Positions 35,884-45,965 of a DNA stretch of 64,000 nucleotides are shown here, in pieces (position 1 is the first letter of the stretch; each line of letters starts with the position of its first letter). A program made the translations under genes and the position numbers. Under the pieces are notes generated by a model that saw only the letters and a list, made by a program, of their open reading frames with translations, searched no databases and was not told where the DNA came from. The DNA lies in the NCBI GenBank assembly GCA_965223795.1, contig CBDCXL010000001.1, forward strand, positions 448,001 through 512,000, read 5' to 3'. The DNA is from Nitrospinales bacterium (lineage in GTDB: Bacteria > Nitrospinota > Nitrospinia > Nitrospinales > VA-1).

Positions 35884-36963
35884 TTATTGAACAGGAAAAC
35901 TCAGCATGATTCCTCCCATAACGTCGTTGAGCTTATAATCTTTTTTTGGACTGTCCGGATGCGAGTTGTGACAAGAGACACACGATTTTGATACCGCCAG
36001 ATCCGGATAGACCGCTTCAAAATATTGCCGGTCATGCACTTCATGCGTGCCTGTATACGTTTCCTTCGAGTTTTTGGCGACGACTTCCATTCCCTTTTGT
36101 TCAAACTCGTTCACAGCACGGTTGTACTGATTGATCGGCCAGGCGCTGAACAGTTTGTACATCAACCCCATTCTTTTATGGGCAACGAGATCGGAAGCGT
36201 TGAGTAAAAACTGAGCCGGCAGCAGCAAAGCTTTATCTTTCCACCAACTTTCGGATGCCTTCACAATATTGTTGTTTTGCAGCCGGTTGACAACAAATTC
36301 GGCATAGATCATGCGGTCCGACTCCACCACCGCATGGATGTAATCGGCAACCTCTTTTGCAGGAACCAAATCATTCTGTTTCAAAGGAATTGTGATGCTG
36401 ATCCCTCCCATCACGTCACCCAGTTTGAAATCCTTTTTTGGGCTTTCAGGGTGATCGTTGTGGCAATTGACGCAGGATTGGGTCACCGCCTTATCGGGGT
36501 AGACAGCTTTGAACATCCGTTTCCCCTTTAAGGTGAACGTGGTGGTGAAGGGTTTGTTCGGATTATTGGCGACTTCCTGCAACCCTCTTTCTTCAAAACT
36601 GTTAGACGGGCGGTTATTGGGATTGATGGGCCACAGACTCATGAGCCGGTAGGACATTCCCAATCCCTGGGAGGAAACGTTTTCTGAGGCCAACAACAGG
36701 AACTGGGCTGGAAGAGGCAGGGTGTTTTCCTGCAACCAGTTTTCCGTTGCTTTCAAGGAAATGGCTTCCCCGAGACGCTCCACAATCATTTTTGAATAAA
36801 TGGTCCGATCCGCTTCGATCACCGCGTGAATGTAATCGGTGGCGATGATCGGAGACACCCCAAGAGGAATGACTTTGGTTTTGCCCCAGCTGAGGTTGGA
36901 AATCAGGAGAAACGATGAAACCAGGATGATGAATACGATTGAGGAATAGTGTGGTCTATGCAT
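35884..36963 (-). CDS. Periplasmic di-heme c protein with tandem DUF3365 (Tll0287-like) domains
   Basis: Signal/TM; two homologous halves, each with LPAQFL, WPIN, AV..SCV.CHN.HP.SPKKD.KL.DVMGGI (two CxxCH). Confidence 0.85.
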   Translation of the reverse strand: MHRPHYSSIVFIILVSSFLLISNLSWGKTKVIPLGVSPIIATDYIHAVIEADRTIYSKMIVERLGEAISLKATENWLQENTLPLPAQFLLLASENVSSQGLGMSYRLMSLWPINPNNRPSNSFEERGLQEVANNPNKPFTTTFTLKGKRMFKAVYPDKAVTQSCVNCHNDHPESPKKDFKLGDVMGGISITIPLKQNDLVPAKEVADYIHAVVESDRMIYAEFVVNRLQNNNIVKASESWWKDKALLLPAQFLLNASDLVAHKRMGLMYKLFSAWPINQYNRAVNEFEQKGMEVVAKNSKETYTGTHEVHDRQYFEAVYPDLAVSKSCVSCHNSHPDSPKKDYKLNDVMGGIMLSFPVQ

Positions 36964-37436
36964 GATTCCCTCCTGCAAAAAGACCGCATTGCTTTTTTCA
37001 GGTAATAGCTCGAGGAGAACGTCGGGCCATCAATAGCGGAGGGGAATGGGAGGACGGCCCAGCAACGGGTCTATTCTTGCTTAAAGTCTTTTGCTTGATA
37101 TGTGGAGATGTGGATAAATAAAATCTGATCCCCTCTCACTTGTTTGTCAATGGGGAAAATAACCAACTATTTCAAAGATAAAGACCTGGTTGGGTTGTAG
37201 AGTGGATTCAAACGCCTCTGATATTTTTTAGCTTATTGAGAATGGCCTGGATGAAGCAATGAATGAACCCACATCAAACGCCGTGGGTCATCTAAATTTC
37301 ATCGACTTATCCCGCCAGTCACCATAATCCTATGGTCAATCATGCCTTTTTCCCCCATAAATGAATCCTGTGGGAAACACACAATTTGTAGCGCACGCGA
37401 TTTATTTAAACGGAATTGCTATCTGTCTTCACAACT

Positions 37437-37895
37437 TCATCTCTTCATCTTCATCCTGTGGCCGCAGTCCACACACTGGTAGCGTTTGCGGAAGAAGATG
37501 AACGGGAAGCCGAGTAGCAGGCTCCAGGCGCCGGCTTTGCGGCTGGCGTCCACGACTTTCAGATTGGGTGAGTGGCATTGCTCGCACAGGTCGCCGGGCT
37601 TGAGGGCGGGGAATTCTTCTTCAATCTCTTCAAGGTCGGCGGAATGGTCTTCGTTCAGGATCGCCTTGGCGCGCTCCGCGTCGGCTTCCCGCACCTGCAG
37701 CTTCACGCCGCCGAGGGCGAAGGAGTAGGCCCAGTCGATGGCGATCAGGTTTTTGTCTTTCAGAAAGCAGGGGATGCCTTCGGATTCCAGCTTGGAGCGC
37801 GCCAGCTCGGCCAGGGGCACGTCGCGGAAGCTGGCGATGGTCCGCAGACGGTTGTCCCCGTCTCCGCCGCCGTCTGATGGAAACGTGTTAAGCAT
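37437..37895 (-). CDS. DUF2007-like protein with C-terminal Zn ribbon
   Basis: AELARSKLESEGIPCF...GGVKLQV...DAERA; CxxC...TM...CxxC. Confidence 0.75.
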   Translation of the reverse strand: MLNTFPSDGGGDGDNRLRTIASFRDVPLAELARSKLESEGIPCFLKDKNLIAIDWAYSFALGGVKLQVREADAERAKAILNEDHSADLEEIEEEFPALKPGDLCEQCHSPNLKVVDASRKAGAWSLLLGFPFIFFRKRYQCVDCGHRMKMKR

Positions 37896-38826
37896 GTGGC
37901 TTGTGCGCGCTGACGTACACGGCGTCGCTTAAGGAGTACTCTCCCTGTTCGAGGTTCCACGCCGCCGCCTGCTGCGCGATGATGTCGAGCAGCTCGGAAT
38001 CGGACAGGTCGGCGCTGGATTTGTGGTACTGCCGCTGCGCCACCGGTTCCAGGGATTCGGCGAACAGTTTGCGCGCGGCGCGCGGGAAGGTCGCGGTGGG
38101 CAGAAGCTTCGTGCCCTCATCGGCTTTCTCGATGGCGAAATGGCCGCACATGTGAAACTCGGGCTGCATGAATCCGGTTTTTTCCAGCAGCGCCCGGTGG
38201 GTGGTGATGGTGAAATGGTTGATGTGCTCTTTGATGAACCAGTCGTACTCCGGCTTGGCCCGCATCAGGTGGTAGGTCAGGTTGTCGAGGTTGGGCGTGG
38301 AGAAGATGACGCGGCCGCCGGGTTTCAGAAAACGGCGCACGTGGTTCATGACCGCCACGGGCTCGAACGCATGCTCCAGCACCGCGAGCAGCACAATCAC
38401 ATCGAAGGATTCGGGTTCCAGGTCCGCGTCCTGAAGGTACGCCTGCCGGATCTCGAGATCGAGCACCTGTTTCGCCAGCTCCACGGCTTTCGGTGAAGGG
38501 TCGATCCCCACCGCGTCCCAGCCTTTCTTTCTCGCCAGCGCCACCAGCGCACCGACGCCGCAGCCCACGTCGAGCAGCGTGCCGGGCTTCATGCCCAAAT
38601 AGGCCAGTATGTCCATCACGATCTCGACGGCGGTGATGTTGACCTTCTCGTAAAACTCCTGACCGTGATAGTAGGCCTCGATGCGGCCGCTCTGCGGACG
38701 CGGGCTGTAAAACTGGAAACCGCATTCCCTGCAGCGCGCCAGGTGATGCCCGTCGCGCGTGGTGAACTGCGGAATCTTGGCGGAGGATCCGCACAGCGCG
38801 CAATTCACTTCAACCAGTCCGGTCAT
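37888..38826 (-). CDS. Class I SAM-dependent methyltransferase with N-terminal Zn-binding motif
   Basis: CALC..CREC; LLDVGCGVG; GID; FDVI...VLEH; LKPGG; STPN. Confidence 0.88.
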   Translation of the reverse strand: MTGLVEVNCALCGSSAKIPQFTTRDGHHLARCRECGFQFYSPRPQSGRIEAYYHGQEFYEKVNITAVEIVMDILAYLGMKPGTLLDVGCGVGALVALARKKGWDAVGIDPSPKAVELAKQVLDLEIRQAYLQDADLEPESFDVIVLLAVLEHAFEPVAVMNHVRRFLKPGGRVIFSTPNLDNLTYHLMRAKPEYDWFIKEHINHFTITTHRALLEKTGFMQPEFHMCGHFAIEKADEGTKLLPTATFPRAARKLFAESLEPVAQRQYHKSSADLSDSELLDIIAQQAAAWNLEQGEYSLSDAVYVSAHKPHA

Positions 38827-39101
38827 AGGGTCACCTCCCTCCTCAAGAATGAGATGGAAAAGGAATTCTGTCGATTCCCCGTCCGCAGACGGTTCCGATA
38901 TGCCTCTCTGGGCAATTTCCCTGAAAAACCGCCGCATAACCGCTCAATCGCTTTAAAAACCGGTTTTTTTGCTTACCAGTTCTATTATAATACGTTATAA
39001 TACAATAAGTTATATACCACCCACCAGATATCGGCCGATGCCCCCGCCAGCTCCGATCGGGCTGTTTGGGCTTATTATTTTATTAAAAACCGGAAAATCC
39101 G

Positions 39102-39848
39102 ATGGATCTCAAAACAGAATACAAGCTGGGGCTGCTCAAGGGCGTCGATTTTTTAAGTGGCTTTTCGCAGGACGGCATTGAAAGCCTGCTCGCCGATTGC
39201 CAGGAAATTGCCTTCAATGTCGGAGAAACCATTCTCACGGACGGCGAATTCGGCGAAACCCTGTACATCGTCCTCGCGGGTGACCTGGGAATCTGTAAAG
39301 ACGACATCGAAATCGCGCAAAGGGGTCCCGGCGATTATTTCGGTGAAATGGCTCTGCTGGTGCCTGGCCCCCGGTCGGCCACGGTCAAGGCGAAGACCAA
39401 CTCGCTGCTTCTTGAAATCGACAAAAAACAATTCAAGTCTCATTTCGGTGAAAATTCGCATGCGCTGCTGGCGATACTGAAAACCATCTCGGACCGTTCG
39501 CGGGAAGACCTCAAGGCCCTGAGCCGGGAATACCACAATTTGAAGATGGAACGCATGCTGGCAAAAGACGCCCGCCAGACTCTCACCGACACGGCCAAGG
39601 TCAGCGACGCGAAATCCGAATTCATCACCAATATGAGTGAGGAAGTCATCGATCACCTCAAGGCGATCCTCGACTACGCGCATCTGCTGGAAGAAAACCC
39701 GTCGGGCAACCTCAGCGCGCAGCAGAAAGACGCAGTTCAGCAAATCCTCAATGAGGGCGACGAACTTTTGCGGCTGACGAAAGAGGCGTTTGAATTCGTC
39801 AAAGTCGAACAGGGGGAGCCGGCGCCCGACGTCAAGACCACCCCGTAG
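39102..39848 (+). CDS. cNMP-binding domain fused to a degenerate HisKA (DHp) domain
   Basis: GDYFGEMALL..GPRSATV phosphate-binding cassette; 'AKSEFITNMSEEV' (canonical SHE has His replaced by Glu); no HATPase domain. Confidence 0.8.
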   Translation: MDLKTEYKLGLLKGVDFLSGFSQDGIESLLADCQEIAFNVGETILTDGEFGETLYIVLAGDLGICKDDIEIAQRGPGDYFGEMALLVPGPRSATVKAKTNSLLLEIDKKQFKSHFGENSHALLAILKTISDRSREDLKALSREYHNLKMERMLAKDARQTLTDTAKVSDAKSEFITNMSEEVIDHLKAILDYAHLLEENPSGNLSAQQKDAVQQILNEGDELLRLTKEAFEFVKVEQGEPAPDVKTTP

Positions 39849-39890
39849 CAGCATAAAAAACCCCACTCCACTCTCACCTGCCCTGCCAGC

Positions 39891-40814
39891 TCATTCCTTG
39901 AGCCGGATCTGCTCCATGCTTTGCAGTCCCTTTTCGCGAAAGTGCGCTTGCAGCCCGTCGAGGATTTTCATGGTCACGGACGGATCGATGAAATTGGCGG
40001 TGCCGATCTGCACCGCGGCGGCGCCCACGGATAAAAACTCCAGCGCGTCTTCGGTGCTGGCGATGCCGCCGATGCCGATCACGGGAATGTTCACGGCGCG
40101 CACGGTCTGGTACACCATGTTGAGCGCGATCGGCTTGATGGCGGGACCGGACAGACCGCCGGTGCGGTTCGCGAGATAGGGCGCCGCATTTTTCAGATCG
40201 ACCGCCATGCCCACGTGGGTGTTGATGAGCGACAGGGCGTCCGCCCCGCCCTCTTCCGCGGCGCGGGCGATCTCTTTGATGTCGGTGACGTTGGGCGACA
40301 GCTTGACGATGAGAAACCGCTTTGTGGCCTGGCGCACCGCCTTGAGCAGGCTTAGCACCACTTCCGGGTCGGAGCTGAACTGGGTGCCGCCTTTTTCGAC
40401 GTTGGGACAGGAGATGTTCATCTCCAGCGCGTGGATGCCGTCCGCGCGGTTCAGCGCCGAGGCCAGCTCGCAGTATTCGTCCACGGTGTCGCCGAAAAAG
40501 TTGACCAGGACGCGGGTGCTGTATGGGCTGAGCTGGGGAAGCTTTTCTTCGATGAAACGGTCGAGGCCGATGTTTTCCAGCCCGATGGCGTTGAGCATTC
40601 CGGAAGGGGTTTCGACGATGCGCGGCACCGGGTTGCCGATCTTCGGCTTTAAGGAAAGCCCCTTGGTGGCGAACGCTCCCAGCCGGTTCAGGTCCACGAA
40701 GGGGGCGTACTCGATGCCGTAACCGAACGTGCCGGAAGCGGCGATCACCGGATTGTCAAGCTTGAGTGCGCCGTTGCCAAGATCAACCGAAAGATCTGCA
40801 CTGCCGCTGGTCAT
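39891..40814 (-). CDS. pyrD: Dihydroorotate dehydrogenase, family 1 catalytic subunit
   Basis: ASGTFGYG, MLNAIGLEN, NISCPNV, KLSPNVTDI, GGLSGPAIKP, IGIGGI. Confidence 0.95.
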   Translation of the reverse strand: MTSGSADLSVDLGNGALKLDNPVIAASGTFGYGIEYAPFVDLNRLGAFATKGLSLKPKIGNPVPRIVETPSGMLNAIGLENIGLDRFIEEKLPQLSPYSTRVLVNFFGDTVDEYCELASALNRADGIHALEMNISCPNVEKGGTQFSSDPEVVLSLLKAVRQATKRFLIVKLSPNVTDIKEIARAAEEGGADALSLINTHVGMAVDLKNAAPYLANRTGGLSGPAIKPIALNMVYQTVRAVNIPVIGIGGIASTEDALEFLSVGAAAVQIGTANFIDPSVTMKILDGLQAHFREKGLQSMEQIRLKE

Positions 40815-41128
40815 CGGTTCCGGTCTCCATCATTGTTTCGGTTGGCGCGTCGGCGATGTCGCCCGGCAACTTCTATCACATTAAGTCTTACTTTTACAAC
40901 CGGATCGATTGTGTTCTCCCGTTCAATTCGTGTTGACTCTCTTTGCGATCGCCGATATACTGAATTCCGGTGGGTCCAGTATTTTGAAATCGTTGACGTT
41001 AAAGCACCGGCACCCAGCTTTCCAAAAACCCATCCGCTGTTTGACAACCATGAACCCAGGGCAATCATCGGACCGCCTGTTCATGGTAGTTATTATCCAA
41101 CTGAATTTCAACCAACTCGCAAAAATCC

Positions 41129-42205
41129 ATGGCCGACGAAGAATTCGAACAGGACGGAAGATATCATAAAAAGATAGACGAACTGATCGACGATGCCGAA
41201 ATCGAAGCGGAAATCGAAGCCGAGAAAAAAATCCGCTCGAAAAACACCAAGCTGCTCACCATTTCCCTGGTGGCCGTCGCGCTGATTTTCTTCATCTACT
41301 CGCAGGTCAAAAACGGCATGGAATCGACGACGGAAATGGAGAAAGCGGAAACGCCGCTCTCGGAACTGGCCAAGGAGCAGTTGGGCGAGGAAGCGCCGCA
41401 GTCCGAGGCCGGCGCGGCCATGCAGGATGAAGCCTCCACCGAGGACGCGGGTGAATCGGAGGCGGATTCCCTGGAAGCCAAAATCAAGGCCATGCAGGAA
41501 GAGCTGATGAAAGAGCCCTCCATGGAAAATCCGGCCGTTGCGGAAGCGCTGGATCCCGCCAACGAGCCTGAGCCTCCGGCGATGGAGAAAGCGCCCGAGA
41601 AAAAAGCCGCTCCGCCCGCGCCGCCGAAAAAGCAGCCGGCCCCGGAAGTGAGCCGCAAGAGCGCGCCGAAGCCCGATCCCAAACCGGTGGTGCAAAGCCC
41701 GCCGAAGAAGCAGGCACCCAAACCTCAGCCCGCGAAATCCCGATCCCGGCCGGGCAAGAAATACTTTGTGCAGACGGGTGTCTTCTCCGTCAAGCAGAAC
41801 GCGGAAAACCTCTTTAAAAGTCTAAAAAATAAAGGATTTCAACCGTCTATCCAGGTGAAGAACATCGACGCGATGCGCCACATCGTGTTCGTCGGCGGAT
41901 TTTCCGATGAAGCGGGCAGCCGCGCGCAGATGGAAGAGCTGAAGGCCCAGGGGTTCAATCCGGAACCGGCAAGGAACAGCAACAACTCGCACACCCTGAT
42001 TCTGGGGAAATTCAAAACCAACGAACAGGCCGACAATCTGCGCGACGAACTCAGCCTGAAAGGGTATTTGTCCAGCTCGAAAAAAGCATCGATCCGTACG
42101 GAAATCTACGTGGTGCAGCTGGGGGCCTTCGACAACATCGATGAAGCCCGCAAAACCAAAAATGAAATCGCAAAAGCAGGGTTCAAAAGCAGTTTTATCC
42201 GCTGA
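41129..42205 (+). CDS. SPOR-domain cell envelope/division protein
   Basis: N-terminal TM, Pro/Lys-rich linker, SPOR motifs YFVQTGVF, YVVQLGAF. Confidence 0.85.
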   Translation: MADEEFEQDGRYHKKIDELIDDAEIEAEIEAEKKIRSKNTKLLTISLVAVALIFFIYSQVKNGMESTTEMEKAETPLSELAKEQLGEEAPQSEAGAAMQDEASTEDAGESEADSLEAKIKAMQEELMKEPSMENPAVAEALDPANEPEPPAMEKAPEKKAAPPAPPKKQPAPEVSRKSAPKPDPKPVVQSPPKKQAPKPQPAKSRSRPGKKYFVQTGVFSVKQNAENLFKSLKNKGFQPSIQVKNIDAMRHIVFVGGFSDEAGSRAQMEELKAQGFNPEPARNSNNSHTLILGKFKTNEQADNLRDELSLKGYLSSSKKASIRTEIYVVQLGAFDNIDEARKTKNEIAKAGFKSSFIR

Positions 42206-42428
42206 TCTGTAAGGATTCCCCGCCTCCCCCGACCTATCCGGAACCCCCCGGCCCGCCTGCGCGGCCGCCGGGAACCTTTTCGTCTCTATTTAGAAATGCA
42301 CAGCCGGTCCGCAATGCGGCGGATTGCGTCCGCGAAAATGCACGATCCCGCCGCGAGGCGCGTTGCATCGCGGATATTTTGTGGTACTTTAAATCTTCAA
42401 CAACCCATTTTTCTGACAGGAGCCACCG

Positions 42429-42767
42429 ATGAAATTCCCGATCGCAACGTTGACCGCCATGCTGTTTTCAATTCTGCTGTTGACCCCGGCTTTCGCGCAC
42501 GAAGGTAAAAAAGAGGCGGGTGACGGCCATCACGCCATGGAGAAAAAAGAAGGCAGCGGCACGATGGATCCCCATAAAAGCGGCGCGCACCCGACCGCCG
42601 AAGGAGCTGCCATGAAAGGCGAAGGTTCCGGAATGAAAGAGGACTACGACGAGAAGAAACACGGCATGAAACACAGCGGCATGGAAGAAGGCAGCGGCAG
42701 CAAAATGGGAGCACCGGCAGAGGCTTCCTCCGGAAAAATGAGCGAAGGCAGCGGCATGAAAAATTGA
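42429..42767 (+). CDS. Secreted low-complexity His/Met-rich protein with four EGSG repeats
   Basis: AGGAG RBS; signal peptide ending AFA; mature part rich in H/M/G/K/E. Confidence 0.75.
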   Translation: MKFPIATLTAMLFSILLLTPAFAHEGKKEAGDGHHAMEKKEGSGTMDPHKSGAHPTAEGAAMKGEGSGMKEDYDEKKHGMKHSGMEEGSGSKMGAPAEASSGKMSEGSGMKN

Positions 42768-42809
42768 CCGGCTATTTCCCCTTCCCCCTCCGCTTCGTGT
42801 ATAATTTTC

Positions 42810-42840
42810 AGGCGCTCTTCAGGGAGCGCCTTTTTTCTTT
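42810..42840 (+). terminator. Rho-independent terminator
   Basis: AGGCGCTC-loop-GAGCGCCT followed by a T tract. Confidence 0.65.
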
Positions 42841-42909
42841 CCCGCTCACGGCCGAACACCGTCTTTTTTCATTCTATGCCTGACAATCCGCAGTCCACCG
42901 GTATGCCCG

Positions 42910-43854
42910 ATGCTTCTTGATTTTCTCCTGCTGGCCGTCGGTCTGGTCATGCTGTATTACGGCGGCGACCTTCTTGTCACCGGAAGCATCCGCGTTTCCC
43001 ATTGCCTCAAAATCAGCCCGTTCATCATCGGCGCCATCGTGGTCGGCTTCGGCACTTCGTCGCCGGAGCTTGCGGTTTCCGTGTACGCCAGCCTCAAGGG
43101 AGCCCCCGAGCTGGCGATGGGCAACGTGATCGGCAGCAACATCGCCAATGTGGGCCTGGTCCTGGGACTGACGGCGTTTCTCATCCCGCTCTCGATCGGG
43201 GCCGCGCGCCTGAAGTCGGAAACGCCCGCGCTCCTGATCGCCACCTTCCTGATCCTCGCGCTGGTCTGGGACAACAGTCTGAGCAGAATGGAAGGCGGGA
43301 TCCTGGTGATCCTGCTGTTCGTTTACATCCTGATCTCGCTGCGAAAACGGGACGCGGCCGCGGAAGAGACCGAGGACACGGAAGAAGGGCTGTTCGCCGG
43401 ACGCGGCCTGTTTTTTCAGTTCGCGCTGATCGCCGGCGGGCTGGTGATGCTGGTCGTGGGCGCGGACTTCCTGGTGGACGGCGCGGTGGGCATCGCCCAG
43501 GCTCTCGGCGTCAGCGAATGGTTCATCGGTGTGTCCATCGTCGCGGTGGGCACCAGCCTGCCGGAAATCGTTTCCTCCATCCTGGCGGCCAAACGCGGGC
43601 ACGGTGAGATGTCCATCGGCAACGTGTTCGGCAGCAACATCTTCAACATCCTGATGGTTCTGGGCGTCACGGCGGTGATCCATCCTTTGCACATCCACGA
43701 GCCCATCCACCCGGACCTGATCTTCACGACCGGGCTCACCTGCCTGCTTCTGATCCTGATCCGCATCGAGCACGTCCTGTCCTCACGCGACGGATTCATC
43801 CTGCTGGTCTGTTATTGCGGTTATATCGGAGGGAAGGGAGCGGGCTGGCTCTGA
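42910..43854 (+). CDS. Calcium/sodium antiporter (CaCA, YrbG-like)
   Basis: Two alpha repeats: GTSSPE..GNVIGSNIAN and GTSLPE..GNVFGSNIFN. Confidence 0.92.
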   Translation: MLLDFLLLAVGLVMLYYGGDLLVTGSIRVSHCLKISPFIIGAIVVGFGTSSPELAVSVYASLKGAPELAMGNVIGSNIANVGLVLGLTAFLIPLSIGAARLKSETPALLIATFLILALVWDNSLSRMEGGILVILLFVYILISLRKRDAAAEETEDTEEGLFAGRGLFFQFALIAGGLVMLVVGADFLVDGAVGIAQALGVSEWFIGVSIVAVGTSLPEIVSSILAAKRGHGEMSIGNVFGSNIFNILMVLGVTAVIHPLHIHEPIHPDLIFTTGLTCLLLILIRIEHVLSSRDGFILLVCYCGYIGGKGAGWL

Positions 43855-43877
43855 CCGCTGAAAAAAAGCGGCGGTTC

Positions 43878-45965
43878 TCAACCCGGTTCCGAGGCGGTTT
43901 CCTGGGACTGCGGTTCGGCGTTTTCCGTGTCTTCGGCGCTATCTGTCGCGCTTTCCGCGGGCTGGGTTGTTTCCGGCCTGGGCGCGGGCTTGCCGCCGCC
44001 TGAGGACTTCACGTTCTTGAAGCGCCAGAGCTGCTGCTTGTAATAGGGCTCGCCGGGCACCAGCTTGATCGCCGCCTGGATGTGCTCCACCGCCTTGTCG
44101 GAATCGCCCTTGGCGAAATGCACTTCGGACAGCGTGTCGATGTATTCGGGCTTGTTGGGGAAGGCTTTCAGCGTCTTCTGCGTCAACTGCAGACCCTGGT
44201 CGAGGTTGATTTTCTTTTTGGCGTACAGCCAGGCCGTGCGGTTCATGATCTCGTAATTGTCCGGCGCGAGTTTGAGCGCCTTTTCGCAGTGGCCGATGGC
44301 CACCGAGTAATAGCGCTTTTTGCTGTACGCGTTGCACACGGCGAACACCACTTCCGGGTTGGCGGGTTCGATGCCTGCGGCTTTGAGAAATATGTTGAGC
44401 CCCTGGTTCAGTTTTTTGCTTTCGACGAGCGCGTTGCCGTATGCCATCAGGTAGGAGACGTTCTTCTTTTCAAGCCGTGTCGCCTGGCGGTAGGACTCGA
44501 CCGCTTTTTCCAGATCTCCGCCGGCTTTCTGCGTTTTACCGAGATAGAAATGCGCGGCGCCGCGCTCCTCATCCAGTTCGACCGCCTTTTCGAGAGCGGG
44601 CCGGGCTTTTTCATGCTGGTTCACATCGACGAGGCGCTTGCCGTATTCATACCAGTAGTCCGCATTTTCGGGGTTGAGCCGGGCGGCTTTCTCGAACGCA
44701 CCCAGCGCCTCCTCCTCTTTATTCAGCTTGGCATACAGCGTCGCCAGACGGACCTGGACTTCCGGATTTCTGGGCTCCAGCACCTGCGCGGCCTGGTAGT
44801 ATTTGAGCGATTTGTCGAACTGCCCGTTTTCAAACTGCCAGTCCGCGGCGCGGATCTGGGCGGTGGAATTTTCCGGAAACGCCTCGGCGGTTTTCTCGAA
44901 CACCCGCGCCGCCTCTTTTTCCTGCCCGGTTTCCAGAAGCAGCTCGCCCATGATCAGGCGCAGGCCGGCGTCGTCCTTTTTGATGCGCACCGCCTTGCGC
45001 AGCTGCTCGATGGCTTCGGTGTTTTTCTTCTGCTCGGCGTAAATCTCACCGAGAGAGGCGTAGGCGTCGAAGAAGTCCGACTCAAGCTGCGAGGCCTGCT
45101 TCAGGTTCTCGACCGCTTTGTCCATCTCCCCCCGTTCTTTATGCAAGAGGCCGATGCCGTAGTAGGCGTTGTGATTGGTCGGATCGATCGCCAGGGCCGA
45201 TTTGAAGGATTCGGCGGCCTTGTCGAACTGGCCCTTCGCCATGAGGGTGCGGCCGAGCTTGACGTGCGTGTCGCTGTTGCCGGGATTCAGTTCTATGGAA
45301 CGCTGGAACTGGCTGAGCGCATCGTTGTAACGCTTGCGGGTCAGGTACACGTCCCCCAGTCCCGCGTAGGCGCGCGGGTCCATGCGGGACACGTTGAGCG
45401 CTTTTTTGAAATGATCTTCCGCTCCGGAGACGTCGCTTTCGGCGATCCGCTTGAACCCCTCGCTGATGAGGATATCGGCCTCGCTGCGCGGCGTGCGGTT
45501 TTTGTACAGGACGCCGCCGGCGATCAGCAGGCAGGCAACGGCAACCGCCGCCTTGAGCTTCCACTTGCGCGGCTGAACGGTGGCGTTCTCGGTCTCGACC
45601 TCGATCTCTTCGACGACTTCGGGAAGCGTTTCTTCGGGAATGTATTTTTTCGGCGGCTCGACCAGCTTCGACTGCCCTTCGAACACCGACCCCTCGGCGA
45701 TCACCAGCTGGTGCGAGGCGATGTCGCCCTTCAGGCGGCTGCCGTTCATCAGGACGACTTTGTGTTCGGCGTGGATGTTGCCCTTCACCGTGCCCATATT
45801 GGTCACGTTGTAGGAGTCGATGTTGCCTTCGAACAGTCCGGTTTTGCCGACGATGAAATGATCCGAGGATTGCACCTCTCCCTCGAAATCGCCGCCGAAG
45901 TGGACGGTTCCCTTGACCCTGAGGGCCCCCTTCAGTTGCACGCCTTTTTCAAAATATGAGTCCAT
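43878..45965 (-). CDS. Bactofilin-TM-TPR fusion protein
   Basis: N-terminal ~100-aa polymer-forming bactofilin domain (G..EG.I...IVG..G..EGNI....GTVKGNI.A...V.L...SRLKGDI....L.IAEGSVFEG); single TM; long TPR array. Confidence 0.85.
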   Translation of the reverse strand: MDSYFEKGVQLKGALRVKGTVHFGGDFEGEVQSSDHFIVGKTGLFEGNIDSYNVTNMGTVKGNIHAEHKVVLMNGSRLKGDIASHQLVIAEGSVFEGQSKLVEPPKKYIPEETLPEVVEEIEVETENATVQPRKWKLKAAVAVACLLIAGGVLYKNRTPRSEADILISEGFKRIAESDVSGAEDHFKKALNVSRMDPRAYAGLGDVYLTRKRYNDALSQFQRSIELNPGNSDTHVKLGRTLMAKGQFDKAAESFKSALAIDPTNHNAYYGIGLLHKERGEMDKAVENLKQASQLESDFFDAYASLGEIYAEQKKNTEAIEQLRKAVRIKKDDAGLRLIMGELLLETGQEKEAARVFEKTAEAFPENSTAQIRAADWQFENGQFDKSLKYYQAAQVLEPRNPEVQVRLATLYAKLNKEEEALGAFEKAARLNPENADYWYEYGKRLVDVNQHEKARPALEKAVELDEERGAAHFYLGKTQKAGGDLEKAVESYRQATRLEKKNVSYLMAYGNALVESKKLNQGLNIFLKAAGIEPANPEVVFAVCNAYSKKRYYSVAIGHCEKALKLAPDNYEIMNRTAWLYAKKKINLDQGLQLTQKTLKAFPNKPEYIDTLSEVHFAKGDSDKAVEHIQAAIKLVPGEPYYKQQLWRFKNVKSSGGGKPAPRPETTQPAESATDSAEDTENAEPQSQETASEPG

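Noticed and set aside
38985..39003. TTATAATAC direct repeat in a divergent promoter
   Set aside because: Probably overlapping -10 elements in AT-rich DNA; too short to assign a regulator.
40811..41177. Short ORFs between pyrD and the SPOR gene
   Set aside because: No RBS, motif or codon-bias support; more likely a divergent promoter region.
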